Part shown: positions 50,195 to 64,000 of the stretch, one piece after another
How the letters are laid out: each line of letters opens with the position of its first letter
Position numbering within the stretch: the stretch's first letter is position 1
Assembly (NCBI RefSeq): GCF_004010195.1
Contig: NC_057758.1
Span: 525,598 to 589,597, forward strand
Reading direction: 5' to 3'
Length of the DNA: 64,000 bases
Source of the DNA: Chiloscyllium plagiosum
Taxonomy: Eukaryota
Program-made: the position numbers and the translations under genes
The notes under the pieces: generated by a model
The model's input: only the letters and a program-made list of their open reading frames with translations
What the model was told of the DNA's origin: nothing
Databases searched by the model: none

Positions 50195-53100
50195 CATAGA
50201 ACAATGCAGCACGGAACTAGCCCTTCGGACTTCGATTTTGCACCGACCTGTGGACCAATCTGAGCACGCCCATCATTAATCATGGAATGTTTAAATTCCC
50301 CTAATGTGCTGAGCTAACTACATTTTCAGTCAGGGCATTCCACGCCCTTACCCTTCCCTGAGTGAAGAACCTGCTTCTGACATCTGTCTTAAATCTATCA
50401 CCCCACAGTTTGCAGCTATGCCCTCTCGTACAAACCGATGTCAACACTCGAGGAAAAAGACTCTCACTGCCCATACTTTCTAATCCTCTGATCATCTTGT
50501 ATGTTTCTAATAAATCCCCTTTTCGCCTTCTTCTCTCCAACGAGAACAGATCCAAGTCCATCAGCCTTTCCTCATAAGACCCTCGATCCAGACCAGGCAA
50601 CAAATTGGATAATTTCCTCTGCAACGATTGTAATGCTTCCGCGTCTTTCATGTAATTGGGCGAACAGAACTGTACACAATAGTCCAAGTGAGGACAACTG
50701 GCGTTTTCAACAGTTGTAGCTTAATATCACGGCTCAGGAACTCAATCCCTCTCCCAATAAAACCCAGCACATCGTATGCCTTCTTAACAGCACGATTAAC
50801 CTGCATGGAAACTTTCGGGAGTCTCCATACTTGGACACGAAGAATCCTCTGCACATCCACACTTGCAAGAATCTTTCCATTGACACAGTGTGCTGTCTTT
50901 CTGTTATTCTTCCCAAAGTCAAACACTTCACATTTATCTGCATTTGCCACCTCTCAGCGTAATTCTGCAGTTTCTATATGTCCCCCTGCAATCTGCAACA
51001 TTCTTCCACACTGCCCACCACTCCACCGACGTTGGTGTCATCAGCAAACTTACTAATCCATTCACCGAAACCCACGTCCAAGTCATTTATAAAAGTGACA
51101 AACCTAAAAACAGATCCTTGTGACACACTACAAGCAATCGTATCCAAGCTGAATATTTTCCATCAACCAACACTCATTATCTTCTTACAGAAAACCAGTT
51201 TCTAATCGAAACTGCTAAATCGCCCTCAATAAATTGCCTCTGCATTTTGCCCATTGGCCTACCACGTGGAACCTTATCAAAGGCTCTACTGAAGTCCATG
51301 CACAACACATGAACTGCCTTACCCTCATCCGCATGCTTGGTCAACTTCGCAATAAACTCAATGAGGTTTGTGAGACACAAGCTGTCCTTGAGGAAAACAT
51401 GTTTACTATTCAATCAAATTGCTACTTACCAGATGATTATAAATCCTATCTCTTATAATCCTTTCGAAAACTTTTCCTACGACAAACATAAGGCTCACCG
51501 TTCTTTGATTACCAGGGTCATGTCTACTGCGCTTCTAGAACAAGTACACAATATTTGCAAACCTACAGTACTCTGGTCCTAAAACCTGTAGACAACGACG
51601 ACGACAAAGGTTCCACCATCTCTTCCTTAGCATCACAGATAATCCTCTAATATCATGTATCTCACTCTTCCCCTCTACATTATCCTTTGCTGAATGAGAA
51701 ATATTCGTTTAGCAACTCACCCACTACCATAGCGTCCACACAGAACTTTCCACTTCTGTCTTTGACTGGCTCTATTGCTACTCTAACCATCCTTTTATTC
51801 TTCACATATGGAGAGAAAGCCTTCGGGTTCTCCTTTCTTCTACCTGCTAAAGACTGTTCATGTCCAAATATTTTCGTATAACAGACGTAAGGCTCACTCA
51901 TGCATTATGACCTGTGTCATCTCTACTGCCCTTCTTGAACAAGGGCGCAGCATTTGCAATCCTGTAGTCCTCTGGTACGAAATCTGTAAACAATAACGAC
52001 TAAAACGTCAAGGACAAAGGTTCCGCAATCTCCTCCCTTGCTTCCCAGAGAATCCTCGAATAAAACTAATTTGGCCCAGAGGACTTATTTATATTCACAC
52101 ATTCTGTAAATGATAACACCGCAATCTTATTAACCTTAATATTTTCCAGTGTAATAACTCGTATCTCAATCTTCTCCTCGACAATATTTTCCTTTTCCTG
52201 TGTGAAAACAGATGAAAAATATTGGTTCATCAACTCTCTGTTCTCCACATGGTCCACAAACAACTTCCCACTTCTGTCTTTGACTGGACCTATTCCTACC
52301 GGAGTCATCTTTTGTTCATCACATACACATATAAAGTTTTAGGGTTCTATTTTATTCTAACTGCTAAAGACTGCTCATGTCCCTTCCTTGTTCTTCGTAA
52401 CTCTCGCTTTAAATCCTTCCTTGCTAATCTTTAACTCTCCTTTCCTCACCTGAACCATCGCTTCTGCATGCCACATACGGCTTCCTCTTCCACGTAACAA
52501 GAGATGCAATTTCTTTAGTAAACGACGGTTTCGTTTTCTTATCACTTCCTCCCTACCTAACAGTGACATACCAGTCAAGGACACGCAATATCTCCTCCTT
52601 AAACCAGTTCCACATTGCGATGGTCCCCATCCCCTGCATTTTGCTATCCCATTCTATGCCTCCTAAGCCTTGCCTAAACGCATTATAATTGCCCTTCCCC
52701 CATTTATAATACTTACTCTGTGGCCTATATCTATCCCTTTACATCGCTAAACTAATCGTAACTGAATTATGATCATTCTCTCCAATGTGCTCACCGATAA
52801 CTAAAACAAACATCTGGCCTGGTTTATTAGCAAGTACCAGATCCAGTCTGGCCTCCCTTCGTGGCAGCCCTTCGACATACTGTGTCAGGAAACCCTCCTG
52901 CTCACATTGGACAAAACCTGATCCAGCCGAAGTACGAGAGTTACAGCATTTCTAGTCAATGTTGGGGAAGTTAAAGTTCCCCAAAATGCCCACCCTGTTC
53001 CTTTCACTCCTGCCCAGAATTGTTTTATCAATAATCTATTCCACATCCCTGGAAGTTTGCAGAGGTCTATAGAAAATCCCAGCTGTATGACCTCTCTTCT

Positions 53101-53860
53101 CCTGTTTCTAACGTCAGCCCATATTATCTCAGGAGACGAGTCCTTGTCAAAATATCTTTCAGACACTGTTATACTGTCCTTGACTAACAAAAACATGCCT
53201 CCCCCTCTTCTACCGCCGTCCCTGACCTGATTGAAAGATCGAAACCCTGGAACCTGCAACATCCATTCCTGACCCTGTTCTATTCATGTCTCCGAAATGG
53301 CCGCAACATCGAAATCCCAGGCACCTATCCATACTGCAAGCTCACCTCCGTCATTCTGGATACTCCTGGAGTTGAAGTAGACACATTTCATGCCAGCTTG
53401 CTGTCTGCCAGCACAATCCTGTGACTGTGAATTCCTGTCCATGTTCTCCCTACTCTCATGCTCTTGTGTACTGCACCACACCAGTGTGTCCCATTTCCCC
53501 TGTTGAACTCGTTTAAATTCGCCGCAGCAGCACTAGCACATTTCCCACCCAGGATATTATTACCTCTCGGATTAACGTGAAGACCATCCTCTTTGTAGAG
53601 TTCCCACCTTCCCCAGATTGACCCCCAATTATCCATATACTGGAAATCCTCCCTCCTGCACTATCCCTGCAACCACGTGTTCAGCTGCTATCTCTCCCTG
53701 TTCTTCGCCTCGCTACCAGGTGGAACGCGAAACAAACTAGACATGACAACGCTGTTTGTTCTAGTATTCAGCTTCCACCCGAGCTCCCTGAAATCCTGCC
53801 TTACATCTCTATCCCTCTTTTTACCAATGTCGTTGGTACTTATGCAGACCATGCCTTAGC
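50195..53860 (-). mobile_element. Near-complete CR1 LINE (ORF1 esterase end, ORF2, 3' tail), degenerate, with internal duplication
   Basis: WGRWELYKEDGLHVNPRG (SGNH), YFNSRSIQN, QYFSSVFTQE, DFSRAFDKVP, TRGHSCKL; tail TTCTATGT. Confidence 0.92.
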
Positions 53861-53869
53861 GCTGGTCAT

Positions 53870-56800
53870 TTAATGCTTCTCTCTGTATAACCAATACCAC
53901 GTGGAAAAAAAACTATTAACCCTTTTTTGCCTTAAATCTCCAGGATGGAATTTCCTCCGAAAATCTAGTAGACACATTCATTATGGTTAGCAAATAATGG
54001 TTCCTAGATTCTTTTACCGAATGGAACCGGCGCAATCAATTATGATCCGCGTGAAACGTTCTTAAAATGCAGGAATTGGCCATAAAGGTGCACGTTTTAT
54101 TGCTGCCTGTGAATTACCGACAATTTGGAACGCATGACATGTCTAGCAAATTTTAACAACATTCCTAAGCAATCCAGGACAAGAGAAATGATTTTGTACC
54201 TTAGCCTGTGAGTTCTACACACCGAGGTGACCTCCTATTGGTAGTTCCTTTGTTGCCCGCAGCACTTACTGTCTGTATGTTACTAGCAACGCAATTTGGT
54301 CTATTTCTGGCCATTTCTGCACCGCACGAACCTGCCGTGGTCTCCATTTCCTCTTAGGATTTTATCTTTCGTATAATAAACCTCAGGAATACGGTCTGAC
54401 CAGTTTTTTGAGTATTTATCAATGCATATATCATTAATTGTCTCGTCTTTCTTTTGTAAGTCTATTAGCCTCTCAAACCTAAATACGTTGGCCTGATACT
54501 TGCCTATTAAGGTATATCTTGCACAATTTCATCAAACAGGGTGTTTGCGAACGGATTCTCAACTCATTTTTTTCTTTCTCTAAACTTTTGCTTCGTGGTG
54601 TGATGTATCACAGTGGGATCTTGTTATTACCCAGTCTGGAAGAGTTCCAGGTTATTTTTTTAACTCCTCAATATCATGTTCGTCCTTTGGCTTCTCCACC
54701 GCAAGGCGTGTCACTCCCAACTTGGATCCCGCGAAATCGTTCCCAAGAGCAGATAGTATTCCTGGAATTGACAGTCTGTCAATCACTCACATTGTTACGT
54801 CTCCAGGTTTGTGTTGTCAGTCCAACCTGATCTTACATAGGGGAACGCTAAATGTATGTCTGTTTCTTCCACAACTTACCACTCTCTCGAGTCGAAAGTC
54901 AGAGTGCAAATAAGTTGACCCTAACTATTAGAGATGGTTAGATCCTGTTCCCCTCAAAAAAACAACTTCTTTCCCTTCTCACCTGGTCTTCCTGAGTAAA
55001 TTTTACCCACAGAGGCGAATTATGTGTAGAGATCTGGCACGAACTCCTCATCCAGCCTCTGCTTTGGATGTGCAATCTCCTGCAGCTTCTCGACTTCTCA
55101 TGGGGTTTCCTTTACTACTTTCACTAATGCCATTGGCTTAGCCTTTTTTACCACATCTATTACCACAAAGCCTTTCTGTAAAGACCAGCACTGTGACTTT
55201 ATGCACTGTGACTTTATATTACTTTTCTTTGGGTAGTGAAAATAACATTTCCCCAGCTCCCTTCTAAAACTATCGGCACTGATATTTTCTGTGTCCCACA
55301 CCATTACAGTGAAAACACCTGAGGCCTTTCACCTCTATTCCACCCTCTTGGGTTTCCTTTTCCACCTGTGGTACACTATTACCAGTGTGCTTTACTCTTT
55401 ATGTTGTCATGTAGCTTCTCTGCTTCTCTTAATTTCTACCACATTACTGGATGAAATTCTTGCTGGAAGCTAGTTTTTAACTTATGCACCAATGCATATT
55501 CTTCTGCCGTCTCTGCTGCCTTCTTGAACTTTCTGGTCATCCACATGAACTCTTAGTATCGCGAGAAGTGAGATTTTAAACTTCTCCAGCAGAATAATCA
55601 CTTTTAGAGCATCATAGGTCTTATCTAAATTTAAGGCCTGCACCCATTTATCTAAGTTACTCTGTTTATTTTTTTCGAACTCTACATAAATCTGAATTGT
55701 TTCCTTCTTTATATTTCTGACCTTCAGTCTATAGTTTTTGGTACAATTTTATAATCACTCAAAATAGCCTGTTTGGTAGTTGTGTATTATATTGACCCCT
55801 CATCTGATAGTGCTGCAAATACCCAACACGCTCTGCTTTCTAGATAAGTCTGAACTCGCATTACACAGAATTTGTCTGGCCATTCCATCTGCCTCGGCAA
55901 TTTTTAAAATGTATTAAAGAATGCTTCGACACATTCTCATCATAATGTTGCAATGTTTTAGCGTATTTGTATCTATCAATATCTTGTCTCGTCATCTCCA
56001 TACAGTTGACTTCACTCTCCTGACTAATTCGCAACGTCTGGAGTTGAAATTCTCTTTCCCTTTCTTTTTCTTATCTTTTCTTTTCTCTTTCTTGTCTCTC
56101 TTTTTCTCTTTGTTCAACTAAGAACGTTCTTTTCCTTTCTTTATTTTCTACCTCCATTTTCCTTAATTTTAATTCAGGTTTTTCAACTCTACTACACTTG
56201 TTTGTTTCATTGATACACAGAGGTGCTCGACTATGTCTCTGAATGCTTCAGCTTTGCATTTATCCCTGGAGAGGCCCAATTCTAACCTACTTAGTAATTC
56301 TAAAAGAGTGGCCTTCTTCTTTCTTTCTAAACTTTCTTGGTAAATTTGGAAGGCATGTTCAAACCCCAGAAATTCTTTAGCAATTTTAAGAGCCATTTCT
56401 CTCACGTTAAATTTAACCGACGAAAATGAACCATTTTTAAAGAAAAATCACCTACGTTTGTTTAGAAGATCAACGCCACTCATCAGCATGTGTTTAAATC
56501 TGCTGGGATCTTTCATAAATTAAATCTATTCAAATCTGTCCAAATCTCAGATTTGTTCTGTCTAAACCTGTCCATATCGTGGACGTCCCACAAACTGTTG
56601 CCACATGATGGTGAACCCTTCTGCTAACTAAACCCAAAAAAACTCAACTCGCTTCATATTCTGTTAAATATGTGTGGCGGAGAATTCCTACATTCCACTA
56701 TGTAAAGCAAATAGTATTAGTTTGGTATTTAAGTCTAAAAGTCAATATTGGTTGCACAAAAGGAGGCAGAGAGTAGTCATTGAAGGGAGTTTCTCGAAAT

Positions 56801-58547
56801 GGAGAAAGGTGACCAGTGGTGTTCCACAGGGGTCAATACTGGGGCCACTATTGTTTGTAATATACGTAAATGATGGAGAAGAGGGAACTGTTGGTATGAT
56901 CAGCAAGTTTGCAGATGAAACGAAGATTGGTGGAGTAGCAGAAAGCATAAGGGACTGTCAGAGAATACAGGAGGATATAGATAGACTGGAGAGTTGGGCG
57001 GAAAATTGGGAGATGGCTTTCAATCCAGACAAATGTGAGGTGATGCATTTAGGCAAGTCTAATTTTGGAACGAATTATACAATGAATGGAAGAGCTTGGG
57101 AAAGGTTGTTGGGCAGAGTACCGCTTTCCCCTCATCAACCTCCTTCATCACCTTTTCAAAGAATTTAGGCAAGTCTAATTTTGGAACGAATTATACAATG
57201 AATGGAAGAGCTTGGGAAAGGTTGTTGGGCAGAGTGATCTGGGAGTGCAGATCCATTGTACCCTGAGGGTTGCCACACACGTGGATAGCGTGGTTAAGAA
57301 GGCATATAGTATGCTTGCCTTCATTAGACGGGGTATTGAGTATAAAAGCTCATGTTAAAATTGTACAAGATATTTGTTCGGCCGCATTTAGAATACTGTG
57401 CACAGTTCTGATCACCACATTACCAAAAGGATGTGGATGCTTTGGAGAGGTTGCAGAGAAGGTTTATGAGGACGTTGCCTGGTATTGAAGGTGCTACCTA
57501 TGAAGAGAGGTTGAGTAGGTTTGGTTTATTTACATTACAGAAAAGGAGATTGAGGGGAGACCTGATTGAGATTTACAAAATCATGAAGGGTATAGGCAGG
57601 ATGGATAGAGACAAGCTTTATCCCAGGGTGAAGGATTCAATAACGAGAGGTCATGCATTCAAGGTGAGAGGTGGAAAGTTTAAGGGGGACACACGTGGCA
57701 AGTACTTCACACAGAGGGCGGTGGTCGTTTGGAACGCGTTGCCAGCAGAGGTAGTAGAGGTAGGCACGGTAGATTTATTTCAGGTGCGACTGGACAGGTG
57801 CATAAGTAGGTGGGGAGCGAAGGGATACAAATGCTTAGGAATTTACCGACAGGTTTAGGCAGTATATTTGGATTGGTTCAGGCTTGGAGGGCCGAAGGGC
57901 CTGTTCCTGGGCTGTAAATTTTCTTTGTGCTTAATTGTACATCAACTATTCACAACGCTAAGTCCCCCTTTGTCTTCGCTGCTTGTTATCTGCCTCCAAT
58001 TGAATAACAATAAAATGTTCCAATAACCATCTTTGTTCAAATGACATCATCTTAATTTCAAAACCACGTAGCAGTTGTCAGCTCCGGCGTCCTTCTTATT
58101 TCAATTGGATATCTTTCTTAGTCTTCTTTTGTCTTTTATTGCAAAGATGTTTCATATGAAAAACGCACCTTGGGCAGAATATGTTTTTGAAATGCAGTCT
58201 TTCTCGATGCAAGTTATGCTATCAGACTTTCAAAAGACTTGTTAATATAACGAATGTTATATTACGTTATATTACCGCATTGGTTCGAGTTTGTCAAAAT
58301 CAGTAAATTGAAAGTTGATTGGGTTTTAGTATCTCGCGGCATACTTCAAACTGGTGGTTAAATTCGAATTGTTGTCAAAACAGCAATATAACAGATATCT
58401 ATTTCACAGCCATATGTTACAAATGTTGAAATCACAGTGCACTTTGAGACTGCTAGCTAGTCATATGGCAGGTGCTTGTAAGGACGCAGTGCAAAACAAC
58501 ACTCACTATTTCTTAAACGTACAATGCACGTCTTCAATTTCATAACA
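53870..58547 (-). mobile_element. Gmr1-type element 5' part: LTR (56596-58547, CR1-interrupted), PBS, gag, protease, integrase start
   Basis: MALKIAKEFLGFE gag start; SCAN-like block 55440-55930; GGHLGV*NSQAKVQNHF (~54180-54237); NHYLLTIMNVSTRF (~53960-54005). Confidence 0.82.
56745..57935 (+). mobile_element. 5'-truncated CR1 inserted in an LTR
   Basis: SGVPQGSILGPLLF, KFADETK, ALERLQRRF, ITRGH motifs; tail TTTTCTTTGT. Confidence 0.93.
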
Positions 58548-58799
58548 CAAGTCATTAGTATCATGCAGTTCCCACTTTCTCACGCGGTATCCTCGTCTTA
58601 GTTTTGTTGACCACCAAGTTAAACCACCACCAGATGTTTCCCAATGGTTAAACATTCCATATGAGCTGCTAATGTTTTCTTCGATATTGATGCGAAGTCA
58701 ATCACCATCCTATCTTACCAACGTTCTCAAATTTCTACGAATCTGTGCCCTCATTGTGCCCTCATTGTGTAACAAGAATTTAATCACTGTCTGATTTGC

Positions 58800-60610
58800 G
58801 GAAAGCCGTGAGGCAGGGAAATGATATATTGACATTCATTGCAAGAGGTTTGGAATTCAAAACTAGAGATGTCTCAGTGAAGTTTAACAGCGCTTTCGTA
58901 CATCCATATCTGGCTTAAACGTGTAAATTTGGTCTCCTTTGCTCAATCCACTGCGGATGATATTCTCATCACTATTGGAGTGCCGATGGAGACTTCTCTG
59001 CCACTCAAATTGATCGTGGCTGGTCTGATCATCATCAACCCTAAATATTCTGCAATTTCCCCATAATCCCCGATTAAAGAACTCTGTATCACAGGCGATA
59101 ATGAATTTTAGCACCAAATTCTCACAGTCCTCTGCAGAAAATAATTCTATTGATCCAGTACTGACTGAGTGAAAAAGATATTCCTCATCTCTGCCTGACA
59201 TGGGCGATCCCTTATTCAGAATGGATGTCCTCTGGTCCAAGACATTCCCACAAGGGGAAATAAAAACACTGAACTCATTTCTCCTGTCAGGTGCAGTTAG
59301 AATCTTGTCAATACAATAAGGTCGCCTCTTATTCTTCTAAACTCCAATGATTGCATGCCTAACCTACTCAACCTGTCCTCATACGACAGCCCCTCTTCAT
59401 CGGGGATCAGACCTTCTCAACAGCAAGGTGGGCAAGTGGGCTTGGTGTCCATAGCTGAAGTCTTGCGTGAGTACATCCTTGAGGAAGTGATAGGCTGTAC
59501 CGGCATCAGGTCTGCCAGTGTAAAGAGCAACGTTTTGCTGACCTGCTGAGCTGCCCTGGGCCCTGTCCAGCCTCAGCAGCTCCTTCAGGGCCTGACCACA
59601 TTTCTGGATCAATCATTGCACTCCAAAAAACGGTTTTGCTGGAATTGTATAAAACGTTGCTCAGGCCACAGCGAGAGCATTATGTGCACTTCTGGAATAC
59701 ACATGACAGGAGGGGTTGACCGCAGTGGATTGAGGTAGGGTTGAGGAGATTGGTCAATGTTTTGTCTGTAATTATGAGATCCAGTTATGAAAGATATTGA
59801 ACAAACTACAGGGAGGTTCCGCAAAACAGAAGAGATTGAGAGTGGACATGGTTGAGATGTACAAATTATTAGAGGAATAGACAATTTGGACATAAACAAA
59901 CCGTTCCCCTTTACAGGGGGATCAATGTCCAGCTGCGTAGATTGAGAGTGAAGGTTAGAAAACATGCGCAACTTATTTTCACCCACAGGGAAGTGGGAAT
60001 CTAGAACTCAGTGTCGGAGGCGGAGGCAGTCATTGTCATAATATTGATGAAATAATTAAAAGAATGTGTACAGAGGGATCTTGGGTTCTAAGTCGATAAA
60101 TCAGGTCTAAAGAGCAGATCTGAGCACTATCCCTTTGAAAGTAGGTTTTGATCCTCGAGAGAGTTTAGTGCAGGTTTGCAAGGATGATCCCTGGACTTCT
60201 TATTAAGGAGAGATTGGACAAATTATATCTTTACTTTCTTGAATTTACAATGTTGAGGGGTGATATAAACGAAGTCTTCAGGATACTAACAGGGCAAAAA
60301 CATGCTCGATAGAAATAAACTATTTTAACAGATTGAGGTTGAAGTCAAAATGTGCTGGGACAAAATCCGGAAATGCTCTCCCTAAGGGTATTGAAAGTTT
60401 TCCTACAGAATCTGAAATGCATCCTTTCAAGAATGCAGCTCAACATCACGTTCTCAAGAGCATCTAGGACAATAATCGCTGTTTTAAGCCAGTGACGTCT
60501 ACGTCGTAGTCCAAAAATTAAGGCCAGTTCATTCAGGACAGATGATAAAAAAAAATCCATGCACAAAGACTCATGAAGGTTTGAAATTCTCTGCCTCAAC
60601 CCGTGTTCGA
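58800..60610. mobile_element. Very old CR1 3' fragments in mixed orientation
   Basis: Residual FIARGLEFK, VAQATARALC (RPHLEHC-derived), FTRMIPG and LRGDI motifs. Confidence 0.55.
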
Positions 60611-60654
60611 TGCTCATTCAATTGTTTTTTTTTCAACTGAGAAATGGACTTATG

Positions 60655-60985
60655 AAGATTTATTCATAGAATGTCTGTGTCACTGGCGAGGCCAGCATTT
60701 ATTGCACATAGTCAGCGATATACTGGTCGGTCTGAAGCCACATGTAGGCAAGACCAAGTAATGATGGCAGTTTCCTTCTCTGAAGGATACTAGTCTACCA
60801 GATGGTCATTCAGAAAATTAACAACGGATTCACGCTTACCATTAGACTTTTAATGACGACTACATTCCTATTGTTATCAAATTCCACCATTTACTATAGT
60901 GGGGCGCGAACGTGCGTCCCTAGAAACATGAGCAGAGTGCCTGGATTAACAGTCCAGCAACATTACCAGAAGGCGACCATCTCTC
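60655..60985 (-). mobile_element. Old tRNA-headed SINE (possibly DeuSINE-like)
   Basis: Minus-strand head TGGTAATGTTGCTGGACTGTTAATCCAG and tail GCAATAAATGCTGGCCTCGCCAGTGAC. The family name is tentative. Confidence 0.5.
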
Positions 60986-62454
60986 CAACAGTAATAATGG
61001 TAGCAAGGATATTGGACCAAGGAAGGCATATGGAAACATCCCACAGATCACCCATTACATTATTGAGTGGCTGAGAAAAATCAAGGGGCTGAATGAACCA
61101 CTCCTGTCCCTATGAAGAATCCACTTCGATCTTTGTTAGTTCAAACATTATTCAGACCATTATCTCTGTTAATTTTGTGATGTAAACGACTAAGATACAC
61201 TTTAAACCTTTGCTACTAGATGTTGTTCCTTTCATTTCGTGTTCTACTCCTTGATAGAACCCAAAACTGAGTCAGTTGCTAATGCATCAATGAATTATGC
61301 CAACAGTGTAATCCAACCTCACACGAGGCCTTAAAAATGTGGATCGATGCCACAATCATTTTTTTTCTACCTCGAAGAGCGAAAACAATGATGTGTAAGA
61401 CAGTAGTTTTGCTGTTAGGAAACCTGGTGTTGCCCTAAACCACCACCCACGATCCATTCACCCGTTCATCTTCCCTGCAAAATTATGTCCATCTCCCTGA
61501 CGGTAAGCAGGGAAAACGGGCTTTAGAACTGTTTCCACTGTGCTCCCCAGGCGCATGCTGATCTTTGGTGGATCATATGAGTTCTATCCATTCAAATCAT
61601 CTATTGTATGTAACGCTGATTAAGGCAAGTATTTCACTCAGAAAACTATCCATTGGGATTCCCAACCTGTTTTAAAATTGCACTCTTGCATTCTTTCATA
61701 TTACAAATATTGATAGCAAACAACCTGTTCCCTGTTATCGCACAGACAAGCTATAGATCAGCGGGGGTGATGTGGTGCATTTATTCTGAGCTAGAAAACT
61801 GTGTTAAAGTTCGACTTGCTCCAGAGATGTGTAATAACATCTCTGAACATGCTGCCACGAAAACATTGCCAACACGCTTTTCAATGCATTCATAAATTCC
61901 CTTGATACTGATTTGAAATGGAATGAAGTATAACACTCCCAAGATCTTGCTAAAACTTGACATCATCTAATAAGAACACGGTTGTTCAATGTCATTATAC
62001 CTTTCATTCATTAAAGAAAAATACACTGACATTTGAGCCATTCTGGCGAGGTTTCAGTGATCAGAGAGAAAGATAGATTTTCAATCATGCAGAGACTCGA
62101 GGAATTATCATTAAAAGGGAGGTAAGTGGAGTTGAGGCTGATCAGAAGTGCCATGTACTCACTGAATGGCAGAGAAAACGTGATTTGATGAATTACCTAC
62201 TTTTGCTCATCCGTCTTTTCATATGATCTCTGCAGTTGGCTGAAGATTGTAATCATTCACGATGTCTGTGATCCACCACGTCTGTCCTTCTCCGCTCGAT
62301 ACCATCTTAATGAACTGCCGTTATTGGTCGTTCCTCATGATGTCTGCTCTATATTAATTTTCTTCTCTCTAACACTAACCGTATTGATCATATCCTTTAA
62401 GATCGGTCTTGAAAATTACTTCTTTGAGCAAGAATCGCTCAGCTTCCTATCATA

Positions 62455-63790
62455 GAAGTATCATAGAATATTACAGTGTAACAGGGGGCCATTTGTCCCA
62501 TCATGTGTGAGCAGCTCCAGAAAGAACTACCAAGTTGTTCCCATTATCCATCCCTGTGTTCATGTACCTCTCAGTTTATCATTTTCAAATATACGTCCAT
62601 ATCTTCTCTGAAACTTCCTGTGGATTCTGCTTCTATCACTCTCCCAGGCAACCCGTCTCAAATCCTCAAAGGTCTCAGAGTAAAAGAAATTATTGAATTA
62701 TGGACTTGGGCATCTGCCCACTTTTATGCCAGCCAAACCTTTCGATATCTTTCACTCCCTGAAGCAAACTGCTCCATAACCCCGCGGTCCCTCTTTCGAA
62801 GTATCTCCAGTTGGAATATAACTGCTCATCTCCTAATTGACGATAGCAATGTTTGGTTGAAACTGGAGCACTGCAACAATTCTTGTCTTCACAACTAGTT
62901 ATTAGAATACACTTTAAGCACTCTGCACAGTTGTTAACCCAATAAGTTCGCGTTTGGATACATATTTAGCAATTTACAATGTTCTAACATTTTCTTTAAA
63001 AGAAAACATCACGTGTCTGACCATTCATAGTTTCCGATAATAGAAGCTGGAGAAAGGCATTTGACTCGTCGAGCTTGCTCCGTCATTCATTAAGGTTTTG
63101 CCTGATCAGTTGCTCCTTCCTGCATTATCCCCATAAACCTTAATTTCATGAGCATTCAAAAACATCAATGAGCATTTTTCCTGTTTTATATTCTTTCATA
63201 ATTCCAACATTTCAATGTATTTTAGAAGAAAGTTGCAGCATTAAAGCAGCGTGTGATACCCGTGTTTCAATGGGGGTCAAGGCTGCCTGTGTGTTGCATT
63301 CCATTCTAACATCAAAGAAGAAATTGCACCATGTAACACTGGAATGCATCTGGGATTCTGACTGCAGAGATCTGTCGTCTCAGCAATTCTCGCTCTATTT
63401 TATGGTCCCAATCCAATGAGCTCTGTCGCACTGCTTTCTCAACTATGTAAATGCAACTATGTGACACTGCGTTGCATTAATTTTCTATGACTTATTTCCT
63501 ATTCAAGTCAGATTCTTGACAAAGTGACAGGCAGGAAGAGGTGATAAGGAAATCGGCAAGGTACATTGGCGGCCTTCACATTGCAGCAGCTTGGCGACTA
63601 TGTAGGCTTTTGATTAGTACAGTTAGTGGAATGTGTGCACATCTTGTCACCATACTTCTGGAAGAATGTGGAAGCTTTGGAGTGGGTGAAAAAGAGGTTT
63701 TACAGGGTAATGACTGGACTGGAGAATTTCAACTTTAAAGTCAAGTTGGGTAGCTTGGATTGTTTTTGCTACAGTGTCGGAAGCTGTGGG
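62455..63790. mobile_element. Scattered CR1 3' scraps (62455-62690 -, 63025-63170 -, 63530-63790 +)
   Basis: ATCATAGAA tail repeats; SPYFWKNVEALEWVKKRFYRVMTGL. Confidence 0.55.
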
Positions 63791-64000
63791 GTGGGGTGTG
63801 GGCATGACTTTATACGTTCTGGAACTTGGATGTTCTGGATTGATTGACGTTGGTATACAAGAAAATAATTAACTCGGTAGTTATATCCTCTATCAATTAT
63901 TATTTCAAGGCAATGGAATATAACTGATCAGTAGATATAATTTATTTAGACATGGCATTGATGATCCCACATCTACTGCATTTCATGCAGATTTTATCGC

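Noticed and set aside
55188..55220. Short tandem duplications (also ~27270-27310, ~48103-48135, ~58745-58770)
   Set aside because: Ordinary slippage duplications, mostly inside dead repeats.
61822..61845. 9-bp hairpin CAGAGATGT/ACATCTCTG
   Set aside because: Short enough to arise by chance in 64 kb and has no supporting context.

Overview
Eukaryotic, repeat-dense genomic DNA. HE1-type SINEs, CR1/HER1-type LINEs and the receptor family point to a cartilaginous fish (inference). One intact protein-coding gene is supported: a minus-strand, two-exon class A GPCR of the GPR139/GPR142-like type. Exon 1 is 33543-33363, a 20,812-bp phase-1 GT-AG intron follows, and exon 2 is 12550-11652, giving about 359 aa. 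A frameshifted fragment of a second, divergent GPR139-like receptor lies head-to-head at about 41035-41514, between two Penelope-like elements. Most of the rest is decayed transposons. These include many CR1 LINE pieces, Penelope-like elements with minimal hammerhead ribozyme motifs, Gmr1-type Gypsy elements (PRO-INT-RT-RH order, SCAN-like gag), a conventional Gypsy, a solo LTR, SINEs and Rex1-like fragments. A ~60-bp degenerate tandem array abuts the receptor's 3' end. An old inverted duplication (85-3150 vs about 49000-55660) brackets the receptor locus. Most ORFs in the supplied track are TE fragments or chance. All alignments were done by eye and TE boundaries are approximate.
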